Source: an uncultured archaeon (GTDB lineage Archaea; Asgardarchaeota; Lokiarchaeia; Sigyniarchaeales; SOKP01). Taken from it: DNA of 50,294 nucleotides. The notes beneath the pieces are model-generated. The model did not search any database. It had not been told where the DNA came from and saw nothing but the letters and a program-made list of their open reading frames with translations. A program made the translations under genes and the position numbers. Shown piece after piece: positions 38,314 to 47,533 of the stretch; positions within the stretch are counted from its first letter, which is position 1; the number at the start of each line of letters is the position of its first letter. The stretch is taken from assembly GCA_964525635.1 (NCBI GenBank), contig CAZGJX010000016.1:1-50294 (forward strand), given 5' to 3'.

Positions 38314-40422
38314 ATGTTGAAAAATATAAAATTAGATTCTAAGGAACTTGAATTAATCAATAATATAGAAAAATTAACAAAAGTAAAATGTTATCCTAAA
38401 GAAAGAATTGATTGGAAGAGTAAAAAGTTAGATAAAGAGAAACCAACAAATGCAATATTTAACATAGTGATAAAAAATGAAAAAATCACTGAAATATTAA
38501 TTATAGGAGCAAGAATTCAGATATTTCCAGAATTTAAAGATATTTTAAATAAATTGAAAATGTTTTATGTAATTAGATCATCTTTAATTAAATTCCCAGA
38601 ATCACTATCTTACTTAAAAAATCTCTCCCAACTTGATTTATCATATAATGAAATTAAAGAAATACCAAAATTTATTGAAAATTTAACAAGTTTAACGAAG
38701 ATTAATATAAAAAATAACTCAATAAAAAAAATACCTGATGAAATTATAAAGCTTCCCCTTTTAAAAACCATAATTGCACAAGGTAATCCAATTGAGAAAT
38801 TTCCTGCAAATTATCCTAATTTAGATAATTTAATTAAAAAATACCTACAAAATGGATTAAACAAGTTAGAAGCAGAGGTAATGACAGATCTAGAATTGAT
38901 TATGGGAGAAGAAATTAAACAAGTTCATCATCGAGGAATTTTAAATGGATATTATCTTCAAAATAAATCAATTGTATGGTTAAGATTATCTAGTGCTAGT
39001 CTTAAAACATTACCAAAAAATATCTCTAATTTAAAAAACCTGAATTTTTTAAATCTTTCTGGAGAACCCGCGCATGAGGAAGAGGGTATTATAGGGGAAA
39101 GAAATGCAATAGAATATATTCCAAATACAATTGGTCAATTATTTAAATTAAAGTGGCTTTATCTTTCAAAATCAAAATTAAAATCTATACCTAGAGAAAT
39201 TGGGAATCTTTCAAACCTTCAACAATTATATATTTCTGATAATTTTCTTGAAGAAATTCCAGAGTCGTTAGTGAATTTGAAATCATTAAAATATTTGGAT
39301 CTTCAAAAAAATCAATTAATTGAAATTCCAAAATGGATTGGAAATCTTGAAAATCTTCAATATCTTAATTTAGGAAATAATAAATTTAAAACTATCATCA
39401 AAGAATTGACAATATTAAACAACTTAAATTATTTAATATTAAATGATAATTTTATTGATAATATAGCGGAATCAATCGGCGAATTAAATCAATTACAAAA
39501 ATTAGATTTATCAAATAATACATTAACATCAGAATCTTTGATTCCTTTATATAAACTAAAAAACCTAAAGTATCTTAATTTATCTAATAATATAGATATC
39601 TCATATTTATCAGAAGATATTGGAAAACTTACTAGGATAGAATATCTAAATATAAATGAAAATCAATTTATTTCAATTCCTACATCAATATGGAAATTAA
39701 AGAATCTAAAAAATCTAATTCTTAGAAAAAATCCATGGGATGATGAAACTTTGGAATTAATTAATAGAGATTTACAATTTATTTTAGAATATTGTAGGAA
39801 AAAAGCAACTATACATATATTTTTCAGCCATGCTATTGAAGATTTTGAGAGATTCAAACTACAAGATTTAATAAATTTTTTGGAGAAACAATCGGAAATA
39901 TATGAGATTTTATATTGCGAGAGAGATCTTACAGGAAATATTGATCAATTTATGCATGAAAATATTCCTAAAAGTAATCTCTTGTTATTTTTCGCTACAA
40001 AAAAAGCAGTCTTTAATTCAGATGATTGTCAAACAGAAATAAAATTAGCAAGAGAAAATGATATAGAAATAATACCTATTAGAACTGATGAAGTAGATTG
40101 GGAAGATTTAAGTAATGTAGGTTTAAAAAGAGAATTGGGTAAAGATTATGATAATAATTTCGATATTTTTGGAGATAGTCTTTATGATTATATTAAAAAT
40201 TTCAAGCATAATATAAATCTTTTTGAAAAAGAAAAGGCAAAAATAGACAAAATTAAATTTAAGATAAAAAATGAATATGAAAGAATAATAAATTCAACTG
40301 ATGTAGAAAGTTATCTAAAAGAAAATTATAACAATATCTTAGAGAAAATAGAGGATGATGAGAATTATAAGAAAAACATTCTAGATTTATTTAAAAAATT
40401 GATGGAAATCAAAGAAAATTAG
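38314..40422 (+). CDS. leucine-rich-repeat protein with a C-terminal TIR domain and coiled tail
   Basis: About 15 LxxLxLxxNxLxxIP repeats in two blocks; TIR: IFFSHA..D...ERDL.G.I..FM...I..S..LLFF.T.....S.DCQTEI.LA......IIPI. Confidence 0.88.
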   Translation: MLKNIKLDSKELELINNIEKLTKVKCYPKERIDWKSKKLDKEKPTNAIFNIVIKNEKITEILIIGARIQIFPEFKDILNKLKMFYVIRSSLIKFPESLSYLKNLSQLDLSYNEIKEIPKFIENLTSLTKINIKNNSIKKIPDEIIKLPLLKTIIAQGNPIEKFPANYPNLDNLIKKYLQNGLNKLEAEVMTDLELIMGEEIKQVHHRGILNGYYLQNKSIVWLRLSSASLKTLPKNISNLKNLNFLNLSGEPAHEEEGIIGERNAIEYIPNTIGQLFKLKWLYLSKSKLKSIPREIGNLSNLQQLYISDNFLEEIPESLVNLKSLKYLDLQKNQLIEIPKWIGNLENLQYLNLGNNKFKTIIKELTILNNLNYLILNDNFIDNIAESIGELNQLQKLDLSNNTLTSESLIPLYKLKNLKYLNLSNNIDISYLSEDIGKLTRIEYLNINENQFISIPTSIWKLKNLKNLILRKNPWDDETLELINRDLQFILEYCRKKATIHIFFSHAIEDFERFKLQDLINFLEKQSEIYEILYCERDLTGNIDQFMHENIPKSNLLLFFATKKAVFNSDDCQTEIKLARENDIEIIPIRTDEVDWEDLSNVGLKRELGKDYDNNFDIFGDSLYDYIKNFKHNINLFEKEKAKIDKIKFKIKNEYERIINSTDVESYLKENYNNILEKIEDDENYKKNILDLFKKLMEIKEN

Positions 40423-40458
40423 GAATTTAAAAAAAAAAAGAAAAATAGGGATTAAAAA

Positions 40459-41037
40459 ATGAAATTTATAGTAGATGATATGTTTGGAAATATAGCAAGA
40501 TGGTTGAGGACTTTAGGTTATGATGCGATCTATGCGGGGGCGCTCTCATCAGATACTAAGGATAAGAAACCAATGAATGAAAATGAGCTCATAGAACAAT
40601 GTTTAAATGAATACCGTATTTTAATAACACGAGATATAAAATTAATAACTTCTCTTGAAGCTAAATTCTTCAAAAAAATGGAGGAAAATCCTGAAGAATA
40701 TGAAAAATTTGAAATGTCTATTCCAACTGAATATGGTATTATCTCACCTTGTATTTTTTTGAGAGATACTAAAATTATGGATGGAATGAAAAAAATATAT
40801 CAAGAATTTCACATTGATTTATTATACGATACAAATAAATCCAGATGTTCAAAATGTAACACTAAAATTATAAAAATAAAAAGAAAAGAAGATTATAAAA
40901 ATCTTATCCCAGAAGGAGTTTACAATTATCAAAAAGATTTTTGGATTTGCCCAAATAAAAATTGTGAGCAAATCTATTGGAAGGGTATTCATGTAAAAAA
41001 TTTTGTAGAAAAATTAAAAAATCTAAGATCAAAATAA
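40459..41037 (+). CDS. Mut7-C RNase domain protein (PIN fold with zinc ribbon)
   Basis: KFIVDDMFG.IARWLR.LGYD, ILITRD, SRC.KCN, FW.C...C.QIYWKG.H. Confidence 0.9.
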   Translation: MKFIVDDMFGNIARWLRTLGYDAIYAGALSSDTKDKKPMNENELIEQCLNEYRILITRDIKLITSLEAKFFKKMEENPEEYEKFEMSIPTEYGIISPCIFLRDTKIMDGMKKIYQEFHIDLLYDTNKSRCSKCNTKIIKIKRKEDYKNLIPEGVYNYQKDFWICPNKNCEQIYWKGIHVKNFVEKLKNLRSK

Positions 41038-41063
41038 AATGAAATTAGACAAACAAGTTTAGA

Positions 41064-42638
41064 TTAAGTTTCATCTTGAATAAAAGGTTTTCCAAGTTTT
41101 AGACATAATTCTGCCTTATAAAGTTCTCTTCCCAGATAATTAATGTGTGACAAATTATTTATTAAATTCAAACTTATTATTTTTTTACTAATTGCTTCCG
41201 CATTCCTACCAATAATCGTTTTGAGAATTTTATGATTATTTGAGTAAAATAAAACATATATATTATTATTGTAATGATTGATATATATCTTAAAATACCC
41301 CTGTTCATCAGGAATATAATCTGAATTAATATCATTTATAAAAATAGCATTTTTTTCATCAATTAAAGGTTTTTTTTGATGAGTTTTACCTTTAGCTTTA
41401 AAAATTTGGATGCCTTGATTTATTGGGGGTGTTTTTCTGTGTTTAGAGAGATAATTTAATTTAATACATTGTTTTAATTCTCTAACACCACCTATTAATT
41501 TTGGACTATGTTCCGTTGTAAACACAATTCCTATATCTAATTCAATAGCTATACTTGATAAAATTCCATTAATACCAACTGAATCAATATCCATTAATTC
41601 AACAACATTTGAGATTCCAAAAAATAATGGTAACCTAAGATGTTTATTTTTATCTTTATTTGTTTTGTATTTATAGAGATAATAAGCTTGTAGAGAATTG
41701 ACAATTCCAGGGGAAATTGGTGTTTCTAATATTGGATCAGCAATTAATTTAGTAAAACCAAAGTCTTTAAGCTTTTCAGTTAATTTAAATAGGTTATCAA
41801 TTCTCATAATAGGATCTTTAGGAACATAACCTTTTTTAAAATTTGTAGGTAAAATTACAATAGGTATATCTTTAGGAATATCAAGAAAATCTTTAAAATT
41901 CCCTAAATCTAAACTTAAAATCATATCAATATCCTCATTGATTGCAACTTTAATTTCCTCCGTATTCATTGAATCAATGCTAATTAAAATATTAAACTTA
42001 TTTCTTAAAATCCTTATAATTTCCCTCACCCTTTCTGGATCAGGTGAATTTGCAATACACCCTATATCTATGATCTCTGCCCCTGAATCAATATAATATT
42101 TTGCTTTTTTAATAATTGCTTGATCTGATTTATTTGTACAATTTACAATCTCAGCAATAATTGGAGGAGGGAGATTCTCACCAATTATAATTTCACTCCT
42201 TAATTTATTAATATAAAAAGTTGTTTGATCAATTTCATTTTTTGCTTTTTCAGCTTTATCTTTTATAATTTGGTTATATTGTTTATTTCCTGTTAGTTTG
42301 ATTATTTTATTCGCGGGGATTTTATTAGAAAGACTAATAAGGTCCAGATTTTTTAAAATTAAGGGAAGATCTGAAGCAAATTCAGTTCCTTTTTTTATTG
42401 GGATTGAATATTGCTCTTCTAATTCTATTGTGTCCCATTGAATAAAACCAGGAACAAGGACTAAATCATAATCTATAAGACTTATTTTTTCTAAATTTTC
42501 TTCAATATTTTTTTTTTTTATAAAAGCTGAAATAGATATTGGTATTTTTTTTAGAGTAATTTGATGATCCTTGACTGATTTAATTATATTTTTCAAAATT
42601 GGATAAGCTTGTTGGCCAGTAAAGATAAGAATTTTAAT
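41064..42638 (-). CDS. dihydropteroate synthase-like protein of the methanopterin pathway with a C-terminal DUF4346-like domain; probable ATT start at 42638
   Basis: IIAEIV, GAEIIDIG, ISIDS, IADPIL, PLFFGISNVVELMDIDSVGING, TTEHSPK, D..GYFKI, H..YLGRELYKAE; in-frame N-terminus (I)KILIFTG upstream of TTG 42596. Confidence 0.85.
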   Translation of the reverse strand: MKILIFTGQQAYPILKNIIKSVKDHQITLKKIPISISAFIKKKNIEENLEKISLIDYDLVLVPGFIQWDTIELEEQYSIPIKKGTEFASDLPLILKNLDLISLSNKIPANKIIKLTGNKQYNQIIKDKAEKAKNEIDQTTFYINKLRSEIIIGENLPPPIIAEIVNCTNKSDQAIIKKAKYYIDSGAEIIDIGCIANSPDPERVREIIRILRNKFNILISIDSMNTEEIKVAINEDIDMILSLDLGNFKDFLDIPKDIPIVILPTNFKKGYVPKDPIMRIDNLFKLTEKLKDFGFTKLIADPILETPISPGIVNSLQAYYLYKYKTNKDKNKHLRLPLFFGISNVVELMDIDSVGINGILSSIAIELDIGIVFTTEHSPKLIGGVRELKQCIKLNYLSKHRKTPPINQGIQIFKAKGKTHQKKPLIDEKNAIFINDINSDYIPDEQGYFKIYINHYNNNIYVLFYSNNHKILKTIIGRNAEAISKKIISLNLINNLSHINYLGRELYKAELCLKLGKPFIQDET

Positions 42639-43737
42639 TTAAATCACTACTTAATCTTTCTTTATTAAATGGAACATATATATCATCTAAAATAGAACCA
42701 GATGCTTCTTTTATTTTTAAATTATCAATAATACCTCTATATCTACCGTTTAATAATCCATTTGCTATAAAAGCAGCACCTTGAGCTGCTCTCTTTGCTA
42801 TTTGACTATAACTTTTCATTAATCTTACTGGTGCAATATTATTTAGAGCTTTATCAATGTTTTCTCTTAAATAACTCATATTTGCACCTCTACCTGCTAA
42901 TAAGATTTCTTTTATTTTATTTTTATGTGAAAATGATGAGGAAATTCCAAAAACTGATTTTTTAACACTTGATATATATGCTTTAAAAGCATTTTTGATG
43001 TGGTTATCTTTCTCTACTAAAATCAATATTTCCTTTAAACTTAAATCAGAATAACCAGAGATATAAGCAACCCCACCTTTATAAATATTATTCTTTTTAA
43101 TATCTCTAATTAGATAAGCAAGTTCTCCATCTAAACTTCCACAAGCTCTGAATCCCATAATATTAGATCCTCCTATTCCATCAATAATTTGTCCATTTTC
43201 AATGGCAAGAACAGCAGTAAAGGCATATCCTATCTCAACCATTATAAAATTAGTCTCTTCAGAAGATATTTGATACTTCTCAATTTGATCTCTTATACCA
43301 GTCACCGCGGTACATATTTTATCTGCCGTTCCCATATCAATTTTATTGATCTTTCTATATCTTGGAACAGTAGGTAAGTGTTTTACACTTGGAACAATTA
43401 CTCCGGGTATATTTTCTTTTTTAATTAAAGTCAAAATCTCTGCAAGTCCAATTAATTTCTCTTTTTCTTCTTCTTTAAATTTTAAAATTGTAAGGAAAAG
43501 ATCTTTTTCTGTTAAATCATTTATATTTTTTAATGGGAGCCCAAATCCACTTGGAGCAACCATTAGATCAATTTTTTTTTTTTCATTTAATGATTTGATA
43601 AGATCTATAATTTTATTTGGATTTTCCAATAATTTTTTGGTAGATATAGAAGTATCTAAAATAATTTGATCATCATCTAATGCTAAAAAATCCCAACTCT
43701 TTGAGCCAGGATCTATTCCAAGAGTGATAGGTGTCAT
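42634..43737 (-). CDS. DUF1464 family protein (ASKHA, butyrate-kinase-like)
   Basis: GIDPGSKSWD, APSGFGLP, HLPTVP.YRK.NKIDMGTADK, E.GYAFTA...G.IIDGIGG, AAQGAA.IA.GL. Confidence 0.85.
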   Translation of the reverse strand: MTPITLGIDPGSKSWDFLALDDDQIILDTSISTKKLLENPNKIIDLIKSLNEKKKIDLMVAPSGFGLPLKNINDLTEKDLFLTILKFKEEEKEKLIGLAEILTLIKKENIPGVIVPSVKHLPTVPRYRKINKIDMGTADKICTAVTGIRDQIEKYQISSEETNFIMVEIGYAFTAVLAIENGQIIDGIGGSNIMGFRACGSLDGELAYLIRDIKKNNIYKGGVAYISGYSDLSLKEILILVEKDNHIKNAFKAYISSVKKSVFGISSSFSHKNKIKEILLAGRGANMSYLRENIDKALNNIAPVRLMKSYSQIAKRAAQGAAFIANGLLNGRYRGIIDNLKIKEASGSILDDIYVPFNKERLSSDLN

Positions 43738-43849
43738 TTTTTAATGATTTTTTCCTTGTATTATTTTTTCTAAATTATTATGATTTAAATTTTTAAAGGA
43801 TTTTAAATAATATTTAAGAAAAACCATATAAATAAAAGAATTTTGACAA

Positions 43850-44590
43850 ATGAAATTTAATCCTGAAGAATTTGGAATAAAAGAAGATTACTTATATGAA
43901 ATCTTAGCAACAACAATCTCATATAATATTCAAGAGAAATATATTTTTCCAAATACATCATGCATGGGTTTAAAATTATTAAAAGATAAAAATTTCTTAC
44001 TAAAACCTTTTCCTAATACTAAAACTTATCAGAATTTAAAATCAAATGGATATGCTACTATCAATTTTGTTGAAGATATTTATTTATATGCATTAGCAGC
44101 TTTAAAAATCCCAAATTCGTTAAATCGAATAGAAAGCTTTCCAGAAAAGTATTATGATCATTTAAATATCTCTAAATTAAAAATATTAAAAGAATTTTTT
44201 CAAAATAATCTTAAACTAAGAGATTATAGATTTCCTTATATTAAGCGTTCATGGAGTATATTTATGTGTAGAGTGAATAATGAAATGAAGACATTTAAAA
44301 AGAATGAGCTAGGAGAAATAGAATTATATGAATTTGAGTTAGAAATCCTAACTTGTAGAAAATTTAGGGAATCCCATAAACTAATTAACCGAGCAGAAAA
44401 TATAACTTTAGAAACAATTATATTAGCTACAAGACTTAAAGTAGCTCATGATAAAGGTAATGAAAAGTTAATATCGGAAATTTATAATGAAATTATAAAA
44501 AATAAGAAGAAAATTGAACGATTTTCTGCTAAAAATGAAGTAATTAAGAGTTTTAGTGTAATTAATAAATATATAAAAAATTATATATGA
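43850..44590 (+). CDS. DUF447 family protein
   Basis: YEILATT, PN..CMG, KPF..TKTY.NL, INFVED...Y, NRA....LE..ILATRL. Confidence 0.8.
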   Translation: MKFNPEEFGIKEDYLYEILATTISYNIQEKYIFPNTSCMGLKLLKDKNFLLKPFPNTKTYQNLKSNGYATINFVEDIYLYALAALKIPNSLNRIESFPEKYYDHLNISKLKILKEFFQNNLKLRDYRFPYIKRSWSIFMCRVNNEMKTFKKNELGEIELYEFELEILTCRKFRESHKLINRAENITLETIILATRLKVAHDKGNEKLISEIYNEIIKNKKKIERFSAKNEVIKSFSVINKYIKNYI

Positions 44591-45001
44591 TTAAAATTTA
44601 TGTTCAATTATTTTTTCAATAAACATTAAAGGATAATCTAATTCTTCAATCCATTCAATTTTTGCTATAATCTCTATAGATTTAAATTTTAATATTAATT
44701 CCGCTTGAATAACTTTGCCTGTGATTTCATCATAATCAAATTCATCAGTTTTATTTCCAACTATTTTTTTCCTATTTAAATTGATTTTTACCTCTTCTAC
44801 ATATGGTTGGCAAGATATAGCAGATTCTATACCTTTTTCAATTGAGGAAATAACTTTTTCATCTAATGAGATCGGTATTCCACATAGAATATGATAAAGA
44901 GCTCCAAGTTTAATACCTGTTTCAAAACAAGCTCTTTCCCTAATATTAATATCAGAAGAAAAATATATCTTATCTTTATTATTTGACATTTTTATCCTCA
45001 A
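44591..45001 (-). CDS. mptD: archaeal dihydroneopterin aldolase (start may be the ATG at 44989)
   Basis: RERACFETGIKLGALYH...G.P, IE.AIS.QPYV, F.Y.E..G, ELDYPLM. Confidence 0.9.
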   Translation of the reverse strand: MRIKMSNNKDKIYFSSDINIRERACFETGIKLGALYHILCGIPISLDEKVISSIEKGIESAISCQPYVEEVKINLNRKKIVGNKTDEFDYDEITGKVIQAELILKFKSIEIIAKIEWIEELDYPLMFIEKIIEHKF

Positions 45002-46002
45002 TTAATTATCTCATATTTTGCACCAGTATTATTTGGTTTACAAATGTAAAAATGACCACCAATAGGTTTAAGATGATTTTTTATTACTTGATGCAATTTT
45101 TGGGCTTCTGAATCAGACTCTACTATCCCAATTACACTTGGACCAAAAGAACTCATGGCATAAGCTTTTATACCATAATTTTTAAGAAAATTTAAGAGAT
45201 CTTTAACAATATTATCCTGCAATTTGATCTCAATTTTTTTAAAACCAAGAGATTGAACAATTTTTAATCCCTCTCCAAAACATGCTAAATCATTTTTCAT
45301 CAATCCTGGAATAACTTTCATTAAAATTTGATGTGAAACTTCATTAACTTCTTCTTTTGGAATTGGAGCATATTTTTTAAAAATAGAGACTTCTTCATCA
45401 CCATATGCTCCTTTTTTTATATTAGGGATAACCAAGACAAAACGCCAATTATCAGGAATATTATATCTAAAAAGCGTTAATGCTGGATTCGCAGTATTTG
45501 AAGCAGAAGAAGGAAGAAATGTTTCTTTTTCTTGTCCAACACCAAAATCATGCCCTCCATCTAAAATAAATCCTCCTGTTAAAAAGCCTTTCCATCCAAT
45601 ACCAGACGTCCCCCCTCTTTCTACAATTTTTGTCAATTCTTTATGAGTTATATTAAGATTTTTAAGTCTAGAAATAGAAGTGGCGATAGCAAGACTCAAT
45701 TGTGTTTTAGATCCAAGACCAACATGGGAGGGATAATATTGTTTAAGATTAAAATGAAAATTTTTATTATTGATATTAAATGTTTTAAAAACTTTAGAAG
45801 CTTTTTCATTAATAACTTCGATTGATTCTCGATAATATCTATGAGCTTCAATTTTAAATTGTTTTGCTGAATTTGATGCCTCAAAGACAACATTTGGATG
45901 ATCAAGCATTAAGCCAATTCCACCATCAACTCGACCAGTATAACCATTTTCATCTATTAGAGATAAATGAATTCTACAAGGTGTTGTTATTCTGATTTTC
46001 AA
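44998..46002 (-). CDS. mptG: beta-ribofuranosylaminobenzene 5'-phosphate (RFAP) synthase, GHMP family
   Basis: TPCRIH.SLID.NG..GRVDGGIG, HVGLGSKTQ, RGGTSGIG...F..GGFILDGGH, GFKK.E, MSSFGP. Confidence 0.92.
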   Translation of the reverse strand: MKIRITTPCRIHLSLIDENGYTGRVDGGIGLMLDHPNVVFEASNSAKQFKIEAHRYYRESIEVINEKASKVFKTFNINNKNFHFNLKQYYPSHVGLGSKTQLSLAIATSISRLKNLNITHKELTKIVERGGTSGIGWKGFLTGGFILDGGHDFGVGQEKETFLPSSASNTANPALTLFRYNIPDNWRFVLVIPNIKKGAYGDEEVSIFKKYAPIPKEEVNEVSHQILMKVIPGLMKNDLACFGEGLKIVQSLGFKKIEIKLQDNIVKDLLNFLKNYGIKAYAMSSFGPSVIGIVESDSEAQKLHQVIKNHLKPIGGHFYICKPNNTGAKYEIIN

Positions 46003-46148
46003 ATCTAAAAGTTCTCAAAGATTTAATTATTCTTAAATATTCAATTAAAATTTAATGATTAATAAAAAAAAAAGATTAATAAATAACTTTATCTAAAAAA
46101 AAAAAATTATTTAAAAAGGAAATTATAATTGTTGATGTTAAGAAAAAT

Positions 46149-46568
46149 TTATACTAATGCCTTTATCATGGCGGTATAATCTCTCAAGGAGATTTGAGTT
46201 GCTCCTTTTAATCCTCCAATATGTGTATACCATTTTTCCTTATTTTTTATAAATTTTAATTTTGGTACAATGTTCTTAAAATCGATACATTCATTAAAAA
46301 ATTCTATTTGATTAACTTCAAATCTATAAGGGAAAATTTTTTTATCAAATATTGGTGTCTTATCTTTATATTTTCTTACAACATTATATAATGCTTTAAT
46401 TTCAGAAATTCCATTTACATAAACAAGAATTTTATCACTTGATAAAATTTGGTTAAAGATCCTTCTACTATCAGTACCAATAATATTTTCTGATTCTATA
46501 ATTTTCCAATTTTTTTCACTCATAATAAACATAAAATAATTGATATTATTCAACAAAAATATAATCAC
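46149..46568 (-). CDS. EVE domain protein (PUA/ASCH-like)
   Basis: NYF....SEKNWKII, DKILVYV, PIF...FPYRF, L.FIKNK.KW. Confidence 0.8.
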   Translation of the reverse strand: MIIFLLNNINYFMFIMSEKNWKIIESENIIGTDSRRIFNQILSSDKILVYVNGISEIKALYNVVRKYKDKTPIFDKKIFPYRFEVNQIEFFNECIDFKNIVPKLKFIKNKEKWYTHIGGLKGATQISLRDYTAMIKALV

Positions 46569-46860
46569 CCATTAGTTTCTGCTTAATAATAATAGTAAAA
46601 GATACCTTTTAATCTTTTCGTTTATAATTTAAAGATTATGAATGAATTATGGATAATAAATAGCCTTTTTGGTGAACAATGAACAAATTTTATTGTGTAT
46701 TTTTTAAAAAAGATTTCTACAACTTTTTTTTTAACCAAAAAAGATAAATAACAAGTAAGTTATATTATTGATACTCATCATATGGCATAATTCAAAAATA
46801 TTTTTTATATTGAAAATTTATATATTATTAGGAGTAAATTATTCTTTAGGGAGTGACTAA

Positions 46861-47223
46861 ATGGTCTCAATATTTATTGTCGAAGATGATGAATTTCTAA
46901 GTATTTTGTACAAAAAAGCTTTATTATTAAATGGATATGAAGTTATTGCTTCAGCACAAAATGGAGAAGAAGCTATAACTATGTATAAAGAACTTCAGAA
47001 TAAACCAGATATAATTATTATGGATCATAGAATGCCGATAAAAAATGGATTGGAAGCAACAGAAGAGATTTTAAAAATGAATACTAAAACTAAAATTATA
47101 TTTGCCAGTGCTGATACAACTATAAAAGAAAAAGCTATTTCTTTAGGTGCTGTAAGTTTTAAATGTAAACCCTTTACACTTAATAGATTAATGGAAAATA
47201 TTGAGAAAGTAATTAGCAGCTAA
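46861..47223 (+). CDS. stand-alone response regulator receiver (CheY-like)
   Basis: IVEDD, PDIIIMDHRMP.KNG, IIFASA, KPF; SD GGGAGTGA upstream. Confidence 0.93.
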   Translation: MVSIFIVEDDEFLSILYKKALLLNGYEVIASAQNGEEAITMYKELQNKPDIIIMDHRMPIKNGLEATEEILKMNTKTKIIFASADTTIKEKAISLGAVSFKCKPFTLNRLMENIEKVISS

Positions 47224-47533
47224 AATATAGAAATTTAAATATATTTATTTATAGAATATTAAATTCAAGCAATTTTTAACTATTTTAAAAAATCTTTTTT
47301 TTTATATAGTTATATTCTTATTTTTAACTTTTCCAGTTTTCTAATTGTATACTAATGACAATTTTAAATATTTAAAACTAATCATTAATTAATGAGAAAA
47401 TATAACTTAAGAATTAATTCTAATAAAATTAAGTAAAACTTAGAAGTTTTTAATATTATTATTCAAAAGCTTCAATTATGTTAATTATTTATTAAAACTC
47501 TTATATAATAAGATATTATTATAAAATAAATTT

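Noticed and set aside
46149-46568. EVE protein as part of a modification-dependent restriction system
   Set aside because: Stand-alone, with no adjacent nuclease or ATPase; such EVE genes are common in archaea.
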